Source: Eledone cirrhosa
Taxonomy: Eukaryota
Length of the DNA stretch: 64,000 nucleotides
Direction: 5' to 3'
Assembly: GCA_964016885.1 (NCBI GenBank)
Contig: OZ024743.1
Location: forward strand, 309,442,001-309,506,000
The position numbers and the translations under genes were made by a program. The notes below the pieces were generated by a model. The model did no database searches, was not told the DNA's origin, and was given only the letters and a program-made list of their open reading frames with translations. How positions within the stretch are numbered: position 1 is the stretch's first letter; every line of letters begins with the position of its first letter. This document shows, in pieces, positions 46,053-62,400 of the stretch.

Positions 46053-49005
46053 ATTAATAAATGGAAACTATATTAATAAAACCATATTTATTTCATTATA
46101 TATATTTCAAGGATACCAAGTTAAATCATGGTATGCCTTCATCAGACAAAATACAATATGTAACAGTTTTACAAATAGATATTGACGTACCCTTTCAAAA
46201 AGGTGACCGATGTTTTTGGAGGCCATCCGGATAGTGGTTTGTTTACTTTAATAAGTCATAGTGTTAAGAGTAAGTAAAAAGATGGAGAGAGAGAGAGAGA
46301 AACGGGGAGAAACGTGGAGAAAAGAAAGGGAAAGATAGATAAAGAAAAAAGAAGAAAGCAAAAAGAAAAGAGAACAGAGGAAAAATAACGGGGAGATATC
46401 AAAACATCAGACAGAGAAAGAACTCAAGAGAGAGATATGTAGAGATAGAGAGAGGGGAGAGAGAACAAAAACCTTAAGTTATGTCATATTAAGTTGAGTT
46501 AACAATTGAGATGAAATGAATAAATATAATTAGAAATATTAATATTCGTGAATGGAATATAGATATATAATATAAGAAATTACACATTGTTTAATTATGA
46601 TTATATATTTAGTTTAAAAATTGTGATCAATATATTAAAAATTGGAATTTAAACATTATAAAATATATATATTGCTAGAGAGATTATCTATCGTATATCA
46701 CATACACATAGGCAAAGGTGGATAAATATATATATATACTCACTCACTCAGAAAATACACACTATATCTACTCCCACACATAATGTATACATACAAAGCA
46801 TAAGTGATTTTTTTATTTATTGCTATACACTCCTTGTGTTATTAATTAAAAAAATTTAGTATATATAAATATATAGGATTAACTTTTCTGCATTTATGGC
46901 TGTTAAATTATGCATATCTGCAATCAAAAGCTGCATGTGTAAGCCTGTACATTCACACCCATAATTCTTATATGAATAGATATGTGTGTGTATCTTCAAT
47001 TGGTATACACGCGTCGCTCATGCATATATACAGACAGACATATAATCACAAAAAAAAACACATAACACATGTATATGTATGTCAACACACACATATAGGT
47101 ACATAAGCCGTACATAGACATAAGTATACATCAATATATAACATAGTATATAAAATACAAAAGGATTATATTTTGGAAATATAATTATATCAATATAACT
47201 TAAAAGGCAAACGAATTCTACAAACATCAAAATACTAAAATATCCCAAAATATTATAGAAATTTTTCAAGTTAAAATAATATGTTTAATATATTTAGCAT
47301 AGAAATTTATCTTACGTATATTTTAATCAAGAAACCGAAAGGACAAACGTTTGAAAATTATGAGAAGCTATCAGAATAAAAATATAAATCTAATAAAAAT
47401 TATGAGAAGCTATCAGAATAAAAACAAATCTAATAAAAAAATAAAAAATAAAAAATAAAAAATAAAATGAATCTAATAAAAAAAATAAATAAAATGAATC
47501 TAATAAAAAAATAAAAATAAAATATTATAACTTAAAATACAGGATTCTACAGATATCAATATAAAAAAAAATAATAAAAAAAAAAAAAAAAAATAAAAAA
47601 AAAAAAAATAATAAAATAAAAAATAAAAAATAAAATAAAAAATAAAAAATAAAAAATAAAAAATAAAAAATAAAAAATTAAAAATTAAAAATTAAAAATT
47701 AAAAATTAAAAATTAAAAATCAAAAAAATTTTTTTTAAATCCTAAAAAAAAAAATTTCTTTTTTTAAATTAAAAAAAAATCTTTAAAAATTTTAAAATAT
47801 AGAATATTTTAAGCTAAAATAATGTTTAGTATAGAAATTTATCTTACGTATATTTTATTCAAGATATTGAATGGATAAACTTTTCTAGAATAGTTTATTA
47901 TATTTATAATTATATTTATGAAGAAAATTTATACCTGGGTACTTAGCCAAAGAAAATGAAAAAGGTGAAGGAATCTAATGATTTATCGACAAGTTTCGTA
48001 TATTAACTAAATTATTTAATTAATTAAACTACATTTTAAATTTATATTTATATTTAAACGTTGAGTTCAATCTATGTCTGCAGCAACTGAATAATTTATT
48101 CCTTAAATTAAGTGAATTTTTGGTCTTTAATATAAAAAATATTTCCTCTATACAAAGATCACAATTTTCAGAAGAAGAATTAAAAGGAGTAGCTTTTGAA
48201 ATAATATTCCAAATCAGCGAATATTCAACATTATCTCGTTTTAGGTCCCATAATAGGCTAGATAGCGAAGTTGAAGATTTTTTGTTTGGATCTGTAAAAG
48301 AATTGTTATGATTATTGAAGCGGGATTTAAATTCTGTAGAGGTAGAACCGACATAGTTAAATGAATTTAAATTAGTTTTAACATTACAATTACAAACTAC
48401 ATTTTTAGCTAAGCAGTTGTTATTTAAAGGACAGTTGGATTTATTTCTACAGTTACAGTTATTCGATTGAATATTGCTTGAGTTATTATTGGTATTTTGG
48501 TTAGGTTTTAAATTTTTATTATTAATTCTATTAATATTTTGCGCTAAATTTTTGGTGGAAGAGTAAGTTAATTTTATAGTATGTCTATTAACAATTGAGT
48601 AATATTTATGTGTTCTAGGGAATCGTTTGTCAAGAGCTTTAAAGAATAGTTTAGCAATAGGGGTTTTAATATTTACTGAGAAAGGAGGAGCGAACCATAA
48701 TATATTCCTAGTTCTATTTCTTTTTCGGCTTTCGGAGTTATTGTAATATTTTCTATTATAGTTGTTGAAATTGTTACGATAATTAAAGTTGTTATTATTT
48801 TGGTTATTTTGTATATTATTATTATTATCGATGTATTTAATTTTATTTCTATACCCAGCTCTACCTAACGCTTCGTTGCAATAATGCGCTTTTTCATCAA
48901 ATATATTCTTATTAGATGAAATTCTTGAAATTTGTTCTTGAACCGAGTTCACTATAGTATTTTTAACGGATCTGGGGTGATTAGAGTTAAAATTGACATA
49001 ATTTA
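46050..49005 (-). mobile_element. 5'-truncated AT-rich PLE: EN region 48029-49005, long 3' region, HHR at 46092-46149
   Basis: YVNFNSNHP, WFAPPF, CNCR..CPL..YVGST..R..H, CDLC, CRH; CTGATGA...GAAAT-ATAT-ATA. Confidence 0.88.
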
Positions 49006-49669
49006 AGGTGGTAGAAAAGCCAGGAACTACCATAAAATCCCTGATCAGCAAAACCTACCATTTTAAGAAAACCCACTGTACCAATAGGAAATGTATCATA
49101 TGTAAGGTGAACCCCCGGATAAACTGTAAAACTAGAAACGTAGTCTATAGCATAAGATGTACAGAGGGTACTTGCAGAAACATGACAACAACATAGGTCA
49201 GCCATAGTTCTACTGCTGCTGTCTTTAGAAGAATGAGTGTGTGTGGGACTAAGGCTGACCTGCCAGCTAACCCCCGAACGCCAATAAACACAAGGGAGGA
49301 GGTCAGCTGTACTTAACAAAAACAACCACAACAGATTGTCTTGCCTCAGAAAAACATTTCTATAGACTTTTGACTGAGGAATGTTCTCACAACTGACCAG
49401 TGGGAGGAGAGAGTCTCCTATGAGGCCGAAATTCGTTTGTTTGAATTCATATGATTCCAGTTCCTCAGAGAAATAACAACCCAACCAGGAGCTGGACATA
49501 TCGGAGTATTGACGGAGTAAAACACTTTAACAACATGTGTACTTGTCTCTACCAAACCAATTCGGACTGCCTGAAGAGGTCACAGCCAATGATGACTGTC
49601 ACCGAAATATATATAGCAATACATCTTTAATAAACGAAGCCAAATTTTAAATATTTGACTTAATTACTT

Positions 49670-49675
<6 letters not shown>
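49006..49675 (+). mobile_element. Deleted Neptune-like PLE fragment with HHR at 49566-49620
   Basis: VEKPGT..CTNRKCIIC..NCKTRNVVYSIRC; TGC-CTGAAGA-GGTCACAG/CTGTCACC-GAAAT-ATAT-ATA-GCA. Confidence 0.85.
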
Positions 49676-49756
<81 letters not shown>

Positions 49757-49827
49757 TTATTCCGGGGGTAACCACAGTAAGTAAGGTACTCAATACATAG
49801 CAGAGTATACATTTTTTAATATATAAA

Positions 49828-49878
49828 AGCTTCTACAGGACTAGAACTGTTTCATTCGTGAGAAATCATCAGGAAGCT
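49828..49878 (-). ncRNA. Type I hammerhead with 6-bp stem I and 4-bp stem III (tail ~49755-50170)
   Basis: AGCTTC-CTGATGA-TTTC-TCAC-GAAT-GAAACAG...CTGTA-GAAGCT. Confidence 0.85.
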
Positions 49879-50427
49879 GACTGTCCAAGTAAATGTGGTG
49901 GTATTTATATCTTTTCTGATGGTAGGAGAGAGTGGGGATTGGGATGGGTGGAGGTCATTGGTTGATGGATTTAAAGAAAAGGGAATTCATTAAAAGCTCA
50001 TTCTTTAAAGCTATAATTTATATTAAGTGTAAACAGGTTCAAATTGGAATAGCAATCCTTATTTTTAAATATCTCTGAAACTAACAAAGCCTGTATATCA
50101 GGTGTCTACAGGGTGGGTACGGTTCATTGGTTTAAAGAAAGGGGAATACTTTAAAAGCTAATTCTTTAAATATATATATATATATGAAAAATATGACCCC
50201 GACGGCAGAGCTCAAGCCGTTTCGAAACGGTTTGAACTCTGCCGTCGGGGTCATACTTTTTCCTATTTCCCACTCTAGTACCCAAACTATTGAGTACTCT
50301 GGTGCGTTATCGTCCATCTGGTTCCTTACCACAATTCCATTGTTATACATATATATATATATATATATAATGAAAAATGAAAAATTAGAAATAGAAGCTA
50401 GGACTATCCATCAACACAGCCCGCCAT

Positions 50428-50481
<54 letters not shown>

Positions 50482-50493
50482 TAGTTATATACA

Positions 50494-50524
<31 letters not shown>

Positions 50525-50532
50525 CTGTATAT

Positions 50533-51580
50533 AGTCAAAGAATGAAGAGTAACATGGTTGACTGTACAATAAGGGGCTTTATTTAAAGTACTGACAATTC
50601 TTTCGTTGATCAGGTGAGTCTAGAGTTCGCTAATCGCTTGAAGTTGCGTCACTCGATCTCCAATACATTATTTACCTCTGGTCAACGCATCAGAGTACGT
50701 AAATATGAAAATAATTCACTCGAGGCAAGACATATATAGAAAAATAGCGTATAATCAAAACAATAACATCAAAAATAAAACATATATGGTAAATAGGTAG
50801 AGAAGTTACAGATGTAGAAAGTAAAAAGTAAAAGATAAGATAGGGTACATTAAAAAGTAAGAAAATGAGAAAATGGAAAATATAAATAAATAAATAAGGA
50901 TTAGTGATAGCGTGTGAGTACAGAGCATGTTAGTAGTAGTTTTCAGTAATTGTTCTTATAAGTATTCGTTGGTGGGTTTAGTGCTAACATGAAAAACCAG
51001 ATTTGAGATGTACATAGATACGTATAGGGGGTCCGATGTAGTGACAGATAAAAGAAAAAACAATAAATTAGAAATTAATTGGTGGATACATGTATGAGAT
51101 TTATGGGCTAGGGATGACGTGACGTTGGATAAACGCTTGTTGTAAATGTTTTGCTGATTGTTCTATCTTAATGGAGTTGATGCTGTTTCAGGCAGAGAGG
51201 GTGAAAGAGATGTTCAGGAATTTATGATCCAGGGATCAGCTGGCCGTTTGCCAGCTAATAGTAGTGCGATGGTGTGTATTCTATATGTTAAAATCTAGAT
51301 GGTTCAGTTCTAATTTTGGGATTGCTGGTTCAAATGATAGTGGTTTGAAGTTTGTGAATCTAGTGGCTATTTTATGCCTACAGAAAATTGAGCTTTCTAT
51401 TTTGCTGTTAAGCAGAATCCCATCGTACCTTAAAATATGTAGTCGTCCAAAATTACAAAGCCCCGCAGTGGGACATTCCGTTCCTGTAGGTTCTTGCTAC
51501 CGATAATTTTGACCAGCTAATCTTCTATACAAGGTTTTTGTCTTTAAGCTGCCAGATTTTATTTGCGAGCGTCGTAGAGT
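50533..51580 (-). mobile_element. PLE 3' fragment related to 22611-26337; decayed long-stem-II HHR at 50588-50698
   Basis: STTLANKIWQLKD, GMSHCG, SIFCRHKIATRF; GTACT-CTGATGC...GAAAG-AATT-GTC-AGTAC. Confidence 0.85.
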
Positions 51581-51598
51581 TCTCCCTCCAGTCTACGG

Positions 51599-51629
<31 letters not shown>

Positions 51630-51780
51630 CAGTGGTATCCACTGTAAGTTGTGGGGTCTATTCTGTATGAAGAACTCAATGTATTCCATATGTTGAAAAT
51701 GTTGTAGGTTAAGATAAATCTCAGAAAACAATAACACATTAAAAGGAAAACAGAGTCATGATATATGTTAAAACAATGAA

Positions 51781-53703
<1,923 letters not shown>

Positions 53704-53752
53704 TATATATATATATATATATATATGTGTATTATATATGTATATATATGTG

Positions 53753-53784
<32 letters not shown>

Positions 53785-53792
53785 AATATATG

Positions 53793-53923
<131 letters not shown>

Positions 53924-53924
53924 G

Positions 53925-54074
<150 letters not shown>

Positions 54075-54080
54075 AATATG

Positions 54081-54117
<37 letters not shown>

Positions 54118-54147
54118 GTATATATATATAAATATGTATATATATAT

Positions 54148-54242
<95 letters not shown>

Positions 54243-54287
54243 AATATGTATATATATATATAAATATGTATATATATATATATATAA

Positions 54288-54369
<82 letters not shown>

Positions 54370-54375
<6 letters not shown>

Positions 54376-54565
54376 GAACAAGTAAGACCCCGGCGGCTGA
54401 GCTCAAGCCGTATCGACGGCTAAATTAGTCCAGATTTAGCCGTCGAAACGGCTTGAGCTCAGCCGTCGGCGTCTTACTTGTTCCTATTACCCACTCTACT
54501 ACCCTAAGTATTGAGTACTTTGGTGCGTTATGGTCCACCTGGTTCCTTGCCACATTTCCTCCGTT
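54370..54565 (+). mobile_element. Fold-back PLE tail carrying the HHR 3' half; related copy at 50186-50345
   Basis: Hairpin 54371-54488; GAAACGGCT..AGCCGTC; shared tail ATTGAGTACT(C/T)TGGTGCGTTAT. Confidence 0.7.
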
Positions 54566-54575
54566 ATATATATAA

Positions 54576-54620
<45 letters not shown>

Positions 54621-54652
54621 TGTATATATATATATATATATATATAAATATG

Positions 54653-54724
<72 letters not shown>

Positions 54725-54777
54725 CGTATATATATATATGTATATATATGTATATATATATATATATATGTATGTAG

Positions 54778-55215
54778 ATAAATCTACCAAGAGTTTACGG
54801 TAGTGTCCAATCCGTATGAAGAACTCAATGTAATCCGGATATCATGGAAAGAAGAGATGCAATGAAAAATCACTTTCGGTGAAAGATAAACGGAATACAG
54901 AGTCAAGATAAAATATTAAGAAAATAATGAATAAAACAATGAAACAGTTCCTTATATTAAACAAAAAAAGTTCATTATTTAACGATCGTTTCTAGGATAT
55001 ATATGTGTTAGAATTGGCGTGCATATTCAACAGATCTATGTACAAAATTATACAAAATTATACAAACTATCAAAATTAAATATACATACCAAACACATAT
55101 ATATGCCGTCTTCAGAAATAATGAAATATATTTATTGATAATAACAACAATTCAAAATTTCAGGTCCGTTTGGGAACAGAGTTCAAATTGACCAATGAAA
55201 ATACAAAAAATTTTT
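54778..55215 (-). mobile_element. PLE-type tail related to 51630-52084
   Basis: Shares GTATGAAGAACTCAATGTA, ACGATCGTTTCTAG and TACAAACTATCA. Confidence 0.55.
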
Positions 55216-55729
55216 ATGCAGTTAGGTGTGTGTATATACATGTAATTAACTTCGTACACAGATATGCATAAAGATATATGTTCACATGCATACGCATGCC
55301 AAAAAGATGTATGTAAATACAAAAATTCAAGGCTAATGTCTCTGTAAGTTTATAATCTACAGATAAAATGCGTATAGACACATAAATATAAAATAAATGT
55401 ATACACACATTCATATACTCACACATATTCGTACACTCACACACACACGCGCGTATATGCATAAACATACACATAACCACGAACATACATACACACACAC
55501 ACCCCCACACACATATATATGTGTATATAGTATTATTATAAGCATATGGACATTAATGCACGCACATAAACACTGCCACACATATTTAGATCCAGATACA
55601 GAAATTAGGTGGGAGGGGGGGACAGGTCAGTATTCAACGGTGTCGGCAGACTGCCTATTTATAAATGTATCTATAAACTTAGAAATAAAAAGAAAAGAAA
55701 AAGAAAAAAGAAATATATCAAGAAAATAT

Positions 55730-56160
55730 ATATTTATATATACACACACACATACACACACACACACACACATATACATATACATATATATATATATATA
55801 CACATATATATACACATATATACACACATATATACACACACATATATATATATATACATATACATACACATACATATATATATACACAAACAAGTAAAAT
55901 ATAAAATATACATCGATATACATACATATAGACATATAAATAAATACACACACATACATATACATACATATATATACACATATATACAAACACATACATA
56001 CACATACATATACATCCACATACCATATAAATACACATACACATACACACATGCATACATATAGAGACACATACATATACACATATAAATACATAGACAC
56101 ATACACACATAACACACATATATATATATATATATATTTACACATATATACACATACACG

Positions 56161-56201
<41 letters not shown>

Positions 56202-56260
56202 TCACAACACACGTATATATATACACACACATACATATACACATATATACATATATATAC

Positions 56261-56309
<49 letters not shown>

Positions 56310-56386
56310 CACATCTACACACATATATATATATAAACACACTCATATATATACACACATACACATACATACCCACATATAAATAT

Positions 56387-56432
<46 letters not shown>

Positions 56433-56440
56433 ACACACAT

Positions 56441-56505
<65 letters not shown>

Positions 56506-56951
56506 CACACACATACACATATACACACATACATATATACACACACACCTACACATACATACACATACACATATATAAAGATATATATACACACACACAC
56601 ACACATATAATAAATATATATATATATATATATATACATACATATATATATATATATACATATATATACACATATATATATATATATACATATATACATA
56701 TACATACACACATACACACATACATACATACACACACACATACATACACACACATACATACTCATACATAGACATAGATATATACTCACACACACATACG
56801 CACTTACATATACGCATATATACAAATACATACACATCCATATATGCGTATATACATACAAACACCACTACACGCTCACACAACTCAGACATACAAAGTA
56901 AAAGGTATATACATACACATATATACACATATAAATAGAGATACATATACA

Positions 56952-56983
<32 letters not shown>

Positions 56984-57066
56984 CACACGTACACACATAA
57001 ACACACATACATACACATACATACACACATACATATATATATACACACACACAAACACACACATAC

Positions 57067-57131
<65 letters not shown>

Positions 57132-57922
57132 CACATATATATATATATACATATGCACACACATGGTGGCTGCCAACTCGTTTTCGAGTACGGCCACTAC
57201 TTTATATCCATGTAGGAGAACCCCTACTGATGCGCTGAACGAGTGTGACTTTTTAGTCCAGCCAGCGACTTGAAAGCTCTGGTACAAACACTACACTTGT
57301 GACAATTATTGACACATAGTGCTGGGCCCATGGTACCATGTGACGACAAATGCAGAGAGATCTCCAGATATAAAGCAATGCCTGTGCCGTGAAGCTTTTA
57401 TAGTGAGCAAAGGCACTGCACAAAGCCAGTCCCACTCTCTTAACCAAGATGATATTTACCAAAAAGAAGAACAAGTCAACATCATTGGATACCATCAGGG
57501 TTGCAGGTGTTATATCAGAGTTTTCCTTCTCCTAGAATTCTGCCTTGACAAAGGCTAAGGGGTCATCTCTCCCGGTGATTTTGGATGGCCATTGACTCTT
57601 AAGAGCTCCTTTGCCTTTTGACAGGTTTTGTTTTTAGTCCTGCAGGATGTCCAAAGTCACCCTCCTCACCAAGAAACCTTGGTGGGGTTGCCAGTTTAGT
57701 CGCCAACGACCCGACCATGGGACAGGTTGTACTGGAATACATGTTACCAGTAGCACCAACTGGTGACCTGACATACATACATACATACATACATACATAC
57801 ATACACATACACATACACATACATATATATAAAAAAATAAAGAAATAAGATAAATAAAATAAATAAAAAAATAAATAAATTAATACACACAGTCAGACAA
57901 ATATGCACACACATACATATAC

Positions 57923-57955
<33 letters not shown>

Positions 57956-58324
57956 TATACACACACACATATACATATATATACACATAGATACACATAC
58001 ACATATATATACATACATATACACACATCAACTACAAATATATAATATATATATATATATATATACATATATATATACATATTTTCATATATATATATAT
58101 ATATATTATAATAATAAATAATATATATATATATATAGAGACATACATATATATACACACACACTCACATATATATGCGCACATACGTACACATATACAC
58201 ATACACACATATACACATAGACATAGACATGTGCATACATGTACATACACACATATACCCACATAGATACAAAGATACACATATATATAGAGAGACATAC
58301 ATATACACACACATATATACACAC

Positions 58325-58360
<36 letters not shown>

Positions 58361-58480
58361 ATATATATATATATATACACACAATCATACACCCTTATTT
58401 GCATGCGCATATATGTATTTTTATACTCACATATAAACACCCAAACATACATACCTACCTACATATACATACATACATAC
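55730..58480. repeat. (CA)/(TA) compound microsatellite interrupted by an RTE derivative
   Basis: Direct repeat. Confidence 0.93.
57162..57752 (-). mobile_element. Short internally deleted RTE-type element (second copy)
   Basis: Closely matches the reverse complement of 16983-17568. Confidence 0.72.
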
Positions 58481-59131
58481 ACGCTTACAAATACAAATAA
58501 TAATAGTAGGGGGGAGGGGGGGGGAGAAGGGGATTATAGTAAATATATGTTTCAAGAAACATAGAATATTAATCTGCACTTAGATCACAATATGTGTTTA
58601 CATAGTTTCAGTATTAGGAAATGCAAGAAAGAAGGCAAAACTATGCATTTCAATATAAGTATACCATTAATTATAGGTTAACTAAACTAAAGATAGTTAA
58701 TATATTGATTTCTAAGGTGTAAATTACTTAGGTTTATAATATTTGAAGCAGAATTTTGAAGTTAAATAGTAGTAGAGTATTAATTATAGTATAACTAAAT
58801 TAAAATTATTAACGTTATGGTATCAATATTAGGAAATGAATTTAGTAATAGGGAAAAAACAAATAAAGTATTACATCGGTAGTAGAATATAAATTATAGG
58901 TTAACTAAATAAAAATTTCGTTTCTGAATTTGTTTAGCAAGATTCTTTATCTGAAATCGTGTGTTGAAACCGATATTGTTATACTTTGGGAGGGTCATGT
59001 TGCCAATAAGAAACACACGCACCAGTTGCTTTCACTTCAATTTAATTTAATATATATTTATAAATTTACAAATTTATAAATTTCTGGTTGGTTGGTTGGT
59101 TCCACAACCAGATAGTTGTTTATATATATAT

Positions 59132-59176
59132 AGTCATAGTTCTTTCGTCACACACTCTGTGACCTCTTCAGTGACT
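59132..59176 (-). ncRNA. Type I hammerhead (3' pLTR)
   Basis: AGTCA-CTGAAGA-G-GTCACA/TGTGAC-GAAAG-AA-CTA-TGACT. Confidence 0.82.
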
Positions 59177-59472
59177 GGGGATTTCTTTCTTCGTTTCTGT
59201 GCCTTTCCTTTCTTCTATCCTACGCCATTTTGTTTGTGTGTGGGTTGCGTGCTCAGTTTGCGCATGCGCCACATCCGGGTGTCTGTGTGTGTTTGTGTTC
59301 ATTTTTCTATTTTTCTATTTATATTTGTTTGTTTATTTATTTATTTATTGTTGGTTGGTTGTTTGTTCTATGTGTGTGTGTGTTTTCATTTTGTCTTGTG
59401 TGTGTTTTCATTTTGTGTGTGTTTTCAATTGTAAGTTGTTTATATATGTGTGTGTGTGTTTTCATTTTGTCC

Positions 59473-62400
59473 TTAATTGTAAGTTGTGATGTTGCTGTTC
59501 CACTCATATTTTCTATTTAATTTTGGTTTTAATTCTTTTATGCTTACTGCCTCTGTAATTTGCCTAAACATTGCGTCTTTCTTGTGTGTGGATTCTATTT
59601 TTATTTCTATGCTCTCTAATTTACCCCTGTGTTCTATCTTAGCATGTTGGTAGAGCACAGATGATTCTTTACTATCTTGGAGGTCTCGCCAGTGTTCATT
59701 TATTCGTTCCCCTATACTACGAGCTGTCTCACCTATGTACACTATATTTTTGTTTCTACATTGTCCCTCAGTACATCTTATGCTATATACTACATTTCTA
59801 GTTTTACAGTTAATATGGGGGCTTATTTTACAGGTTATACATTTCTTATCTATACATGAGGGTCTTTGGAACGGGTATGTCTTGCTAATAAGTGTTTTTA
59901 CGGAGGTACCAGGTCTTTCTACTATCTTAATATTGAGATTATGTTTCTTTAGGGCCCTTCTAAATTTGTAGGCTAGTTCACCTCTAGGGGTTGTATTGAT
60001 GAACATTACACTCTGGTATTTATTGCTATCATACCATGAGTTTATTCTATTGGCCTTGTTCTTAGTTCTTTCTATTCTATTCCAAAATTTACTCCTATAC
60101 AAGGGGCAGGTCCCATTTATGTCATTATTTACCATTTTTTCCCATTTGGTTCTGGCTCCTTTATACACTCTGATTCTATCTCTCTGATTGTAGCCAGAGA
60201 ACTGCATACGGTGGATGAAGTGTTGTATGTGTCTCTCTAGTTCTTCGGGGTTGCACATGCGGGACACATTTCTCATCACCCGTATCAAATCCGCAATCAG
60301 TATGTTGATTTTGGTATGGTCCGAAATGGCCGAGTTTCGGTGGATCAGATGTTTGGAAGTCATGGGTTTGGCATAATGGGAATGGAGGATTTGTTTTTGG
60401 TTGTTAATAGTATCTAACCAGAGCTCTGTGTCTAGTACAGGTAATCGATGGTTGGGGTGTCTACTTGGGTAGTCGATAGTAACTCTAATGCTCTGGTGGA
60501 TGGAGTTTGCTATTTGCTGGATGCTTTCCATTGTGTTTTTCTCAGGTTCCTGACTGTTCTTTAGTGGGGGTGTCTTAACTACGATGTTTATATCATCTAC
60601 GTAGCGGGAGTACATTATCAGGGTTAATCTGTCTTCTAATTGTTCTTTAAGTTTTTGTTTAAGTCTACTGTCCCACCATACCATGAACAAGTTAGCTATG
60701 TCGCCTGCAATGCTAACACCAATGGCTGCTCCTTCTTCTTGGGCATATGTTTTACCATTAAATTTGAACATATGTTCCTTAAGGGTTAATTTTATGCTGG
60801 CCCCTACCGCATGTGCAATCATTTTCTTCAGTTCATCGTGGTTTTCGGGTGTCCGTATGGCTCTGGTCCACCCGTTCCATCTATCTGTGTGGGTTTTCTT
60901 GGCCATTGAGGTAATGGTAGGTGGTCTGCCTCTTGCTGGTCTTGTAGGGCACAGGTTGCTAAGGTCATAAGTGTCTAGGTAACTATTACTATGGGTAAGC
61001 TTAAGTAGAAGTCCCAGCTCACTGGTATCAATCCCACGGAACTCAACCTTGCTCTCGCTGATCATTTCGACGCATTTCTCCACAGCAAAATCCACGTCAA
61101 TAGATGGATACAGGGACACAACATCCATACTGCCTATTATGCAGTTTGTTAGGTCCCCAGATCGGTTACCCGCGTCGATTCTGCTGAGGAGGTCCTCCGT
61201 GCTGTCACACACATCTGGGGACATCTCAATGATGGGGCGTATGATCAGGGAGAGGAAGTAGGACAGTCTGTAGTTACTAGCAATGTTAGCCCCACAGACT
61301 GGCCGTGTTGGTGGTCCCGCGACAGGGTCCCAGCCCGTTTTATGGTCTTTTCGAAGCCCATACAACGCCGGCACGTCATTGTTCCAGGCCTGGAAGTTGT
61401 TGGCAGTCCTTTTGTTGGGCTGCATTATATTTGTCCACATCACCATATGGGCATTGAGGGTTTTTTCTCTGTCCTCATGCTCCTGTGGTGTTACCTCTCT
61501 TGTGTTAGTGATGTGGGGTTGCATTGCCTGGATGTAGTTTGGCAGGCTGTCAACCGACATTCTGCCAGACTTGTCTGTTGGAAAGCATGCTATCTCTCCA
61601 TTACGCGAGCGCTGCATGAGCTTACGCAAGCCATTTGCAGATTCTTCTCCCAGTTGCTGGGCCTCTATTCTATTATGCTTCTTGCTATACTGTTCTATAA
61701 TATTTCTAAGTTCGGATTTAGCTATACTAAATTGTGCTTCTGTTTGTTCATCGACCTGCGACGGCAACTGCGTGCGTTTGTTAAATGGCAAAGTCGTGGC
61801 GTGGACTCGTCGTAGGTCGAATGATTTATCGGAGGGGTTATAAAACGGAGAGTTCCAGGCTGCTGCTTTATGTGTACTTGCGCTATTGTTAGTTGTGTTG
61901 TTTCTATTTCCACCAACAGCAGCAGCCTCAGCTTCATGGTTGTTTCTATGTCTCTCATAATTACTCCTGTCTCTTTCCACTGGCTCAATGTTGTTATCTA
62001 CCCTATTTTGTGTGTCTGTGTGTTCGTCTTGGTTATTCTCTTTGTCCTTAGTCTCCCTACTCCTTTTAATCCTATTACTTTCTCTTATTTCTCTGATTTC
62101 TGTGCTACTGTCATTACTTGTTTTCTGTGTCTGTGTGTTTGTTAAGATTGTAGTGGTGGTGAGAGGCATTGAATGTGTGTGTGTTGTTGTTGTTGATGTG
62201 TGTTGTTGTTGATGTGTGTTGTTGTCTCCGTGTGTGTGTGTGTTATCGTTGTTGTGTGTGTTGTTATTGTTGTTTGTGTTTGCGTGTCTGTTGTTGTTGT
62301 ATCTGGGTATGTTGCTGTTGTTGTTGTTGTTGATGTGTGTGTTGTTGTTATTGTTGTCTCCGTGTGTGTTGTTATTGTTGTTTGTGTCTGCGTGTCTGTT